Assembly (NCBI GenBank): GCA_964057225.1
Contig: OZ059894.1
Span: 1,302,001 to 1,366,000, forward strand
DNA length: 64,000 bases
Direction: 5' to 3'
Source: Auanema rhodensis
Lineage: Eukaryota; Animalia; Nematoda
Every line of letters starts with the position of its first letter. Within the stretch, counting starts at the first letter, position 1. A program made the translations under genes and the position numbers. Positions 1 to 11,000 of this stretch are shown here, one piece after another. Under the pieces are notes generated by a model. The model was given only the letters and a program-made list of their open reading frames with translations. It ran no database searches and was not told the origin of the DNA.

Positions 1-109
1 TAACACAGATCGACGCAGCTTGAAAATCCGCATCTAATGCACTATACTATTTTGAGAAACGCTTAATACAAAAATTAGTTATGATCGTTTGAAAAATGAT
101 GCATTAGTG

Positions 110-139
110 TATGTTGAGTTTCCATGTACACTCAACATA
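110..139. repeat. Inverted repeat in each monomer: TATGTTGAGT-N10-ACTCAACATA (10-bp arms; 9 bp in the 139T variant)
   Basis: 110-119 is the exact reverse complement of 130-139. Confidence 0.95.
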
Positions 140-161
140 GCTTCCAAAAACATTTTGACAA

Positions 162-180
162 AAATTTTTTCGAAAAATTT
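162..180. repeat. Near-perfect AT-rich palindrome AAA(T)TTTTTCGAAAAATTT in each monomer
   Basis: Perfect 12-bp core TTTTTCGAAAAA at 166-177, extended by AAA/TTT with one bulged T. Confidence 0.9.
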
Positions 181-288
181 CAAAATAATTTAGCAAAAAG
201 TAGATGTTTTTAGATTCCTTTTTTCAAGGCAAAGACGATGGACAATGTTATTCAACGAAAAAATTAATTCTTCAGGGTGAAAATCGAG

Positions 289-310
289 GATATAAGTGTG
301 AACTTATATC
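289..310. repeat. Inverted repeat in each monomer: GATATAAGT-GTGA-ACTTATATC (9-bp stem, 4-nt loop)
   Basis: 289-297 is the exact reverse complement of 302-310. Confidence 0.95.
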
Positions 311-3300
311 AGTTGATATCTCGGTGCATTTTTAAGCTAGCGCAAATCTGATAACACAGATCGACGCAGCTTAAAAATCCGCATCGAATGCACTATACTA
401 CATTGAGGAACGCTTAATACAAAAATTAGTTATGATCGTTTGAAAAATGATGCATTAGTGTATGTTGAGTTTCCATGTACACTCAACATTGCTTCCAAAA
501 ACATTTTGACAAAAATTTTTTCGAAAAATTTCAAAATAATTTAGCAGAAAGTAGATGTTTTAAGATTCCTTTTTTCAAGGCAAAGACGATGGACAATGTT
601 ATTCAACGAAAAAATTAATTCTTCAGGGAGAAAATCGAGGATATAAGTGTGAACTTATATCAGTTGATATCTCGGTGCATTTTTAAGCTAGCGCAAATCT
701 GATAACACAGATCGACTCAGCTTGAAAATCCGCATCGAATGCACTATACTACATTGAGGAACGCTTAATACAAAAATTAGTTATGATCGTTTGAAAAATG
801 ATGCATTAGTGTATGTTGAGTTTCCATGTACACTCAACATAGCTTCCAAAAACATTTTGACAAAAATTTTTTCGAAAAATTTCAGAATAATTTAGCAAAA
901 AGTAGATGTTTTTAGATTCCTTTTTTCAAGGCAAAGACGATGGACAATGTTATTCAACGAAAAAATTAATTCTTCAGGGTGAAAATCGAGGATATAAGTG
1001 TGAACTTATATCAGTTGATATCTCGGTGCATTTTTAAGCTAGCGCAAATCTGATAACACAGATCGACGCAGCTTGAAAATCCGCATCTAATGCACTATAC
1101 TACTTTGAGAAACGCTTAATACAAAAATTAGTTATGATTGTTTGAAAAATGATGCATTAGTGTATGTTGAGTTTCCATGTACACTCAACATTGCTTCCAA
1201 AAACATTTTGACAAAAATTTTTTCGAAAAATTTCAAAATAATTTAGCAAAAAGTAGATGTTTTTAGATTCCTTTTTTCAAGGCAAAGACGATGGACAATG
1301 TTATTCAACGAAAAAATTAATTCTTCAGGGTGAAAATCGAGGATATAAGTGTGAACTTATATCAGTTGATATCTCGGTGCATTTTTAAGCTAGCGCAAAT
1401 CTGATAACACAGATCGACGCAGCTTAAAAATCCGCATCGAATGCACTATACTTCATTGAGGAACGCTTAATACAAAAATTAGTTATGATCGTTTGAAAAA
1501 TGATGCATTAGTGTATGTTGAGTTTCCATGTACACTCAACATTGCTTCCAAAAACATTTTGACAAAAATTTTTTCGAAAAATTTCAAAATAATTTAGCAG
1601 AAAGTAGATGTTTTTAGATTCCTTTTTTCAAGGCAAAGACGATGGACAATGTTATTCAACGAAAAAATTAATTCTTCAGGGAGAAAATCGAGGATATAAG
1701 TGTGAACTTATATCAGTTGATATCTCGGTGCATTTTTAAGCTAGCGCAAATCTGATAACACAGATCGACTCAGCTTGAAAATCCGCATCGAATGCACTAT
1801 ACTACATTGAGGAACGCTTAATACAAAAATTAGTTATGATCGTTTGAAAAATGATGCATTAGTGTATGTTGAGTTTCCATGTACACTCAACATAGCTTCC
1901 AAAAACATTTTGACAAAAATTTTTTCGAAAAATTTCAGAATAATTTAGCAAAAAGTAGATGTTTTTAGATTCCTTTTTTCAAGGCAAAGACGATGGACAA
2001 TGTTATTCAACGAAAAAATTAATTCTTCAGGGTGAAAATCGAGGATATAAGTGTGAACTTATATCAGTTGATATCTCGGTGCATTTTTAAGCTAGCGCAA
2101 ATCTGATAACACAGATCGACGCAGCTTGAAAATCCGCATCTAATGCACTATACTACTTTGAGAAACGCTTAATACAAAAATTAGTTATGATCGTTTGAAA
2201 AATGATGCATTAGTGTATGTTGAGTTTCCATGTACACTCAACATTGCTTCCAAAAACATTTTGACAAAAATTTTTTCGAAAAATTTCAAAATAATTTAGC
2301 AAAAAGTAGATGTTTTTAGATTCCTTTTTTCAAGGCAAAGACGATGGACAATGTTATTCAACGAAAAAATTAATTCTTCAGGGTGAAAATCGAGGATATA
2401 AGTGTGAACTTATATCAGTTGATATCTCGGTGCATTTTTAAGCTAGCGCAAATCTGATAACACAGATCGACGCAGCTTAAAAATCCGCATCGAATGCACT
2501 ATACTTCATTGAGGAACGCTTAATACAAAAATTAGTTATGATCGTTTGAAAAATGATGCATTAGTGTATGTTGAGTTTCCATGTACACTCAACATAGCTT
2601 CCAAAAACATTTTGACAAAAATTTTTTCGAAAAATTTCAAAATAATTTAGCAAAAAATAGATGTTTTTAGATTCCTTTTTTCAAGGCAAAGACGATGGAC
2701 AATGTTATTCAACGAAAAAATTAATTCTTCAGGGTGAAAATCGAGGATATAAGTGTGAACTTATATCAGTTGATATCTCGGTGCATTTTTAAGCTAGCGC
2801 AAATCTGATAACACAGATCGACGCAGCTTAAAAATCCGCATCGAATGCACTATACTACATTGAGGAACGCTTAATACAAAAATTAGTTATGATCGTTTGA
2901 AAAATGATGCATTAGTGTATGTTGAGTTTCCATGTACACTCAACATTGCTTCCAAAAACATTTTGACAAAAATTTTTTCGAAAAATTTCAAAATAATTTA
3001 GCAGAAAGTAGATGTTTTTAGATTCCTTTTTTCAAGGCAAAGACGATGGACAATGTTATTCAACGAAAAAATTAATTCTTCAGGGAGAAAATCGAGGATA
3101 TAAGTGTTAACTTATATCAGTTGATATCTCGGTGCATTTTTAAGCTAGCGCAAATCTGATAACACAGATCGACGCAGCTTGAAAATCCGCATCGAATGCA
3201 CTATACTACATTGAGGAACGCTTAATACAAAAATTAGTTATGATCGTTTGAAAAATGATGCATTAGTGTATGTTGAGTTTCCATGTACACTCAACATAGC

Positions 3301-4212
3301 TTCCAAAAACATTTTGACAAAAATTTTTTCGAAAAATTTCAGAATAATTTAGCAAAAAGTAGATGTTTTTAGATTCCTTTTTTCAAGGCAAAGACGATGG
3401 ACAATGTTATTCAACGAAAAAATTAATTCTTCAGGGTGAAAATCGAGGATATAAGTGTGAACTTATATCAGTTGATATCTCGGTGCATTTTTAAGCTAGC
3501 GCAAATCTGATAACACAGATCGACGCAGCTTGAAATTCCGCATCGAATGCACTATACTACTTTGAGAAACGCTTAATACAAAAATTAGTTATGATCGTTT
3601 GAAAAATGATGCATTAGTGTATGTTGAGTTTCCATGTACACTCAACATAGCTTCCAAAAACATTTTGACAAAAATTTTTTCGAAAAATTTCAAAATAATT
3701 TAGCAAAAAGTAGATGTTTTTAGATTCCTTTTTTCAAGGCAAAAACGATGGACAATGTTATTCAACGAAAAAATTAATTCTTCAGGGTGAAAATCGAGGA
3801 TATAAGTGTGAACTTATATCAGTTGATATCTCGGTGCATTTTTAAGCTAGCGCAAATCTGATAACACAGATCGACGCAGCTTGAAAATCCGCATCGAATG
3901 CACTATACTACTTTGAGAAACGCTTAATACAAAAATTAGTTATGATCGTTTGAAAAATGATGCATTAGTGTATGTTGAGTTTCCATGTACACTCAACATA
4001 GCTTCCAAAAACATTTTGACAAAAATTTTTTCGAAAAATTTCAAAATAGTTTAGCAAAAAGTAGATGTTTTTAGATTCCTTTTTTCAAGGCAAAGACGAT
4101 GGACAATGTTATTCAACGAAAAAATTAATTCTTCAGGGTGAAAATCGAGGATATAAGTGTGAACTTATATCAGTTGATATCTCGGTGCATTTTTAAGCTA
4201 GCGCAAATCTGA

Positions 4213-7200
4213 TAACACAGATCGACGCAGCTTAAAAATCCGCATCGAATGCACTATACTACATTGAGGAACGCTTAATACAAAAATTAGTTATGATCGT
4301 TTGAAAAATGATGCATTAGTGTATGTTGAGTTTCCATGTACACTCAACATTGCTTCCAAAAACATTTTGACAAAAATTTTTTCGAAAAATTTCAAAATAA
4401 TTTAGCAAAAAGTAGATGTTTTTAGATTCCTTTTTTCAAGGCAAAGACGATGGACAATGTTATTCAACGAAAAAATTAATTCTTCAGGGTGAAAATCGAG
4501 GATATAAGTGTTAACTTATATCAGTTGATATCTCGGTGCATTTTTAAGCTAGCGCAAATCTGATAACACAGATCGACGCAGCTTGAAAATCCGCATCGAA
4601 TGCACTATACTACATTGAGGAACGCTTAATACAAAAATTAGTTATGATCGTTTGAAAAATGATGCATTAGTGTATGTTGAGTTTCCATGTACACTCAACA
4701 TAGCTTCCAAAAACATTTTGACAAAAATTTTTTCGAAAAATTTCAGAATAATTTAGCAAAAAGTAGATGTTTTTAGATTCCTTTTTTCAAGGCAAAGACG
4801 ATGGACAATGTTATTCAACGAAAAAATTAATTCTTCAGGGTGAAAATCGAGGATATAAGTGTGAACTTATATCAGTTGATATCTCGGTGCATTTTTAAGC
4901 TAGCGCAAATCTGATAACACAGATCGACGCAGCTTAAAAATCCGCATCGAATGCACTACACTACATTGAGGAACGCTTGATACAAAAATTAGTTATGATC
5001 GTTTGAAAAATGATGCATTAGTGTATGTTGAGTTTCCATGTACACTCAACATTGCTTCCAAAAACATTTTGACAAAAATTTTTTCGAAAAATTTCAAAAT
5101 AATTTAGCAAAAAGTAGATGTTTTTAGATTCCTTTTTTCAAGGCAAAGACGATGGACAATGTTATTCAACGAAAAAATTAATTCTTCAGGGTGAAAATCG
5201 AGGATATAAGTGTTAACTTATATCAGTTGATATCTCGGTGCATTTTTAAGCTAGCGCAAATCTGATAACACAGATCGACGCAGCTTGAAAATCCGCATCG
5301 AATGCACTATACTACATTGAGGAACGCTTAATACAAAAATTAGTTATGATCGTTTGAAAAATGATGCATTAGTGTATGTTGAGTTTCCATGTACACTCAA
5401 CATAGCTTCCAAAAACATTTTGACAAAAATTTTTTCGAAAAATTTCAGAATAATTTAGCAAAAAGTAGATGTTTTTAGATTCCTTTTTTCAAGGCAAAGA
5501 CGATGGACAATGTTATTCAACGAAAAAATTAATTCTTCAGGGTGAAAATCGAGGATATAAGTGTGAACTTATATCAGTTGATATCTCGGTGCATTTTTAA
5601 GCTAGCGCAAATCTGATAACACAGATCGACGCAGCTTAAAAATCCGCATCGAATGCACTACACTACATTGAGGAACGCTTAATACAAAAATTAGTTATGA
5701 TCGTTTGAAAAATGATGCATTAGTGTATGTTGAGTTTCCATGTACACTCAACATTGCTTCCAAAAACATTTTGACAAAAATTTTTTCGAAAAATTTCAAA
5801 ATAATTTAGCAGAAAGTAGATGTTTTTAGATTCCTTTTTTCAAGGCAAAGACGATGGACAATGTTATTCAACGAAAAAATTAATTCTTCAGGGTGAAAAT
5901 CGAGGATATAAGTGTTAACTTATATCAGTTGATATCTCGGTGCATTTTTAAGCTAGCGCAAATCTGATAACACAGATCGACGCAGCTTGAAAATCCGCAT
6001 CGAATGCACTATACTACATTGAGGAACGCTTAATACAAAAATTAGTTATGATCGTTTGAAAAATGATGCATTAGTGTATGTTGAGTTTCCATGTACACTC
6101 AACATAGCTTCCAAAAACATTTTGACAAAAATTTTTTCGAAAAATTTCAAAATAATTTAGCAAAAAGTAGATGTTTTTAGATTTCTTTTTTCAAGGCAAA
6201 GACGATGGACAATGTTATTCAACGAAAAAATTAATTCTTCAGGGTGAAAATCGAGGATATAAGTGTGAACTTATATCAGTTGATATCTCGGTGCATTTTT
6301 AAGCTAGCGCAAATCTGATAACACAGATCGACGCAGCTTAAAAATCCGCATCGAATGCACTATACTACATTGAGGAACGCTTAATACAAAAATTAGTTAT
6401 GATCGTTTGAAAAATGATGCATTAGTGTATGTTGAGTTTCCATGTACACTCAACATTGCTTCCAAAAACATTTTGACAAAAATTTTTTCGAAAAATTTCA
6501 AAATAATTTAGCAGAAAGTAGATGTTTTTAGATTCCTTTTTTCAAGGCAAAGACAATGGACAATGTTATTCAACGAAAAAATTAATTCTTCAGGGTGAAA
6601 ATCGAGGATATAAGTGTTAACTTATATCTGTTGATATCTCGGTGCATTTTTAAGCTAGCGCAAATCTGATAACACAGATCGACGCAGCTTGAAAATCCGC
6701 ATCGAATGCACTATACTACATTGAGGAACGCTTAATACAAAAATTAGTTATGATCGTTTGAAAAATGATGCATTAGTGTATGTTGAGTTTCCATGTACAC
6801 TCAACATAGCTTCCAAAAACATTTTGACAAAAATTTTTTCGAAAAATTTCAGAATAATTTAGCAAAAAGTAGATGTTTTTAGATTCCTTTTCTCAAGGCA
6901 AAGACGATGGACAATGTTATTCAACGAAAAAATTAATTCTTCAGGGTGAAAATCGAGGATATAAGTGTGAACTTATATCAGTTGATATCTCGGTGCATTT
7001 TTAAGCTAGCGCAAATCTGATAACACAGATCGACGCAGCTTGAAAATCCGCATCGAATGCACTATACTACATTGAGGAACGCTTAATACAAAAATTAGTT
7101 ATGATCGTTTGAAAAATGATGCATTAGTGTATGTTGAGTTTCCATGTACACTCAACATTGCTTCCAAAAACATTTTGACAAAAATTTTTTCGAAAATTTT

Positions 7201-7722
7201 CAAAATAATTTAGCAGAAAGTAGATGTTTTTAGATTCCTTTTTTCAAGGCAAAGACGATGGACAATGTTATTCAACGAAAAAATTAATTCTTCAGGGTGA
7301 AAATCGAGGATATAAGTGTTAACTTATATCAGTTGATATCTCGGTGCATTTTTAAGCTAGCGCAAATCTGATAACACAGATCGACGCAGCTTGAAAATCC
7401 GCATCGAATGCACTATACTACATTGAGGAACGCTTAATACAAAAATTAGTTATGATCGTTTGAAAAATGATGCATTAGTGTATGTTGAGTTTCCATGTAC
7501 ACTCAACATAGCTTCCAAAAACATTTTGACAAAAATTTTTTCGAAAAATTTCAGAATAATTTAGCAAAAAGTAGATGTTTTTAGATTCCTTTTTTCAAGG
7601 CAAAGACGATGGACAATGTTATTCAACGAAAAAATTAATTCTTCAGGGTGAAAATCGAGGATATAAGTGTGAACTTATATCTGTTGATATCTCGGTGCAT
7701 TTTTAAGCTAGCGCAAATCTGA
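4213..7722 (+). repeat. Local dimeric (702-bp) higher-order repeat, about 5 copies (monomers 13-22)
   Basis: Odd monomers carry 139T and 300T (GTTAAC), mostly with 22A. Even monomers carry 139A and 300G, mostly with 183G. Confidence 0.8.
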
Positions 7723-8073
7723 TAACACAGATCGACGCAGCTTGAAAATCCGCATCGAATGCACTATACTACATTGAGGAACGCTTAATACAAAAATTAG
7801 TTATGATCGTTTGAAAAATGTTGCATTAGTGTATGTTGAGTTTCCATGTACACTCAACATTGCTTCCAAAAACATTTTGACAAAAATTTTTTCGAAAAAT
7901 TTCAGAATAATTTAGCAAAAAGTAGATGTTTTTAGATTCCTTTTTTCAAGGCAAAGACGATGGACAATGTTATTCAACGAAAAAATTAATTCTTCAGGGT
8001 GAAAATCGAGGATATAAGTGTGAACTTATATCAGTTGATATCTCGGTGCATTTTTAAGCTAGCGCAAATCTGA

Positions 8074-11000
8074 TAACACAGATCGACGCAGCTTGAAAAT
8101 CCGCATCGAATGCACTATACTACATTGAGGAACGCTTAATACAAAAATTAGTTATGATCGTTTGAAAAATGATGCATTAGTGTATGTTGAGTTTCCATGT
8201 ACACTCAACATTGCTTCCAAAAACATTTTGACAAAAATTTTTTCGAAAAATTTCAAAATATTTTAGCAAAAAGTAGATGTTTTTAGATTCCTTTTTTCAA
8301 GGCAAAGACGATGGACAATGTTATTCAACGAAAAAATTAATTCTTCAGGGTGAAAATCGAGGATATAAGTGTGAACTTATATCAGTTGATATCTCGGTGC
8401 ATTTTTAAGCTAGCGCAAATCTGATAACACAGATCGACGCAGCTTGAAAATCCGCATCTAATGCACTATACTACTTTGAGAAACGCTTAATACAAAAATT
8501 AGTTATGATCGTTTGAAAAATGATGCATTAGTGTATGTTGAGTTTCCATGTACACTCAACATTGCTTCCAAAAACATTTTGACAAAAATTTTTTCGAAAA
8601 ATTTCAGAATAATTTAGCAAAAAGTAGATGTTTTTAGATTCCTTTTTTCAAGGCAAAGACGATGGACAATGTTATTCAACGAAAAAATTAATTCTTCAGG
8701 GTGAAAATCGAGGATATAAGTGTGAACTTATATCAGTTGATATCTCGGTGCATTTTTAAGCTAGCGCAAATCTGATAACACAGATCGACGCAGCTTGAAA
8801 ATCCGCATCGAATGCACTATACTACTTTGAGAAACGCTTAATACAAAAATTAGTTATGATCGTTTGAAAAATGATGCATTAGTGTATGTTGAGTTTCCAT
8901 GTACACTCAACATAGCTTCCAAAAACATTTTGACAAAAATTTTTTCGAAAAATTTCAAATTAATTTAGCAGAAAGTATATGTTTTTAGATTCCTTTTTTC
9001 AAGGCAAAGACGATGGACAATGTTATTCAACGAAAAAATTAATTCTTCAGGGTGAAAATCGAGGATATAAGTGTGAACTTATATCAGTTGATATCTCGGT
9101 GCATTTTTAAGCTAGCGCAAATCTGATAACACAGATCGACGCAGCTTGAAAATCCGCATCGAATGCACTATACTACATTGAGGAACGCTTAATACAAAAA
9201 TTAGTTATGATCGTTTGAAAAATGATGCATTAGTGTATGTTGAGTTTCCATGTACACTCAACATAGCTTCCAAAAACATTTTGACAAAAATTTTTTCGAA
9301 AAATTTCAGAATAATTTAGCAAAAAGTAGATGTTTTTAGATTCCTTTTTTCAAGGCAAAGACGATGGACAATGTTATTCAACGAAAAAATTAATTCTTCA
9401 GGGTGAAAATCGAGGATATAAGTGTGAACTTATATCAGTTGATATCTCGGTGCATTTTTAAGCTAGCGCAAATCTGATAACACAGATCGACGCAGCTTGA
9501 AAATCCGCATCGAATGCACTATACTACATTGAGGAACGCTTAATACAAAAATTAGTTATGATCGTTTGAAAAATGATGCATTAGTGTATGTTGAGTTTCC
9601 ATGTACACTCAACATAGCTTCCAAAAACATTTTGACAAAACTTTTTTCGAGAAATTTCAAAATAATTTAGCAAAAAGTAGATGTTTTTAGATTCCTTTTT
9701 TCAAGGCAAAGACGATGGACAATGTTATTCAACGAAAAAATTAATTCTTCAGGGTGAAAATCGAGGATATAAGTGTGAACTTATATCAGTTGATATCTCG
9801 GTGCATTTTTAAGCTAGCGCAAATCTGATAACACAGATCGACGCAGCTTGAAAATCCGCATCGAATGCACTATACTACATTGAGGAACGCTTAATACAAA
9901 AATTAGTTATGATCGTTTGAAAAATGATGCATTAGTGTATGTTGAGTTTCCATGTACACTCAACATTGCTTCCAAAAACATTTTGACAAAAATTTTTTCG
10001 AAAAATTTCAAAATATTTTAGCAAAAAGTAGATGTTTTTAGATTCCTTTTTTCAAGGCAAAGACGATGGACAATGTTATTCAACGAAAAAATTAATTCTT
10101 CAGGGTGAAAATCGAGGATATAAGTGTGAACTTATATCAGTTGATATCTCGGTGCATTTTTAAGCTAGCGCAAATCTGATAACACAGATCGACGCAGCTT
10201 GAAAATCCGCATCTAATGCACTATACTACTTTGAGAAACGCTTAATACAAAAATTAGTTATGATCGTTTGAAAAATGATGCATTAGTGTATGTTGAGTTT
10301 CCATGTACACTCAACATTGCTTCCAAAAACATTTTGACAAAAATTTTTTCGAAAAATTTCAGAATAATTTAGCAAAAAGTAGATGTTTTCAGATTCCTTT
10401 TTTCAAGGCAAAGACGATGGACAATGTTATTCAACGAAAAAATTAATTCTTCAGGGTGAAAATCGAGGATATAAGTGTGAACTTATATCAGTTGATATCT
10501 CGGTGCATTTTTAAGCTAGCGCAAATCTGATAACACAGATCGACGCAGCTTGAAAATCCGCATCGAATGCACTATACTACTTTGAGAAACGCTTAATACA
10601 AAAATTAGTTATGATCGTTTGAAAAATGATGCATTAGTGTATGTTGAGTTTCCATGTACACTCAACATAGCTTCCAAAAACATTTTGACAAAAATTTTTT
10701 CGAAAAATTTCAAATTAATTTAGCAGAAAGTATATGTTTTTAGATTCCTTTTTTCAAGGCAAAGACGATGGACAATGTTATTCAACGAAAAAATTAATTC
10801 TTCAGGGTGAAAATCGAGGATATAAGTGTGAACTTATATCAGTTGATATCTCGGTGCATTTTTAAGCTAGCGCAAATCTGATAACACAGATCGACGCAGC
10901 TTGAAAATCCGCATCGAATGCACTATACTACATTGAGGAACGCTTAATACAAAAATTAGTTATGATCGTTTGAAAAATGATGCATTAGTGTATGTTGAGT

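Larger units (their letters stand above)
1..351 (+). repeat. Reference monomer (351 bp, about 68% AT, rich in A/T tracts)
   Basis: First full unit. Consensus counted by hand has about 53 C and 59 G. Common polymorphic monomer positions: 22, 35, 51+57, 139, 183, 185/196/203, 217/225, 300, 333. Confidence 0.97.

Noticed and set aside
168-184. CENP-B box-like motif (TTCG....A..CGGG)
   Set aside because: Only TTCG and the A match. The CGGG half is TCAA or TCAG.
222-275. Satellite-encoded hammerhead ribozyme: minus strand has CUGAAGA (275-269) and a downstream GAAA
   Set aside because: No stem II forms between the two core motifs, and I could not build stems I and III. The plus-strand CTGATAA does not fit CUGANGA. 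An Infernal search with hammerhead models would settle it.
285-348. Helitron 3' end (hairpin followed by CTAG at 337-340)
   Set aside because: The hairpin is AT-rich and about 26 nt from the CTAG, which is not followed by T. There is no other Helitron evidence.
1-351. 5S rRNA, tRNA, snRNA or spliced-leader tandem gene unit
   Set aside because: No recognisable 5S or tRNA sequence, cloverleaf, pol III A/B boxes or known leader sequence on either strand. Not tested with Rfam.
1-351. Monomer as a diverged dimer of about 175-bp subunits
   Set aside because: The two halves do not align by eye. Only short motifs recur (TGAAAATC at 21 and 278, GAAAAA at 91, 172, 257), and their spacing is irregular.
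346-361. Small hairpin ATCTG-ATAACA-CAGAT
   Set aside because: A 5-bp stem is expected by chance in a sequence of this length and composition.
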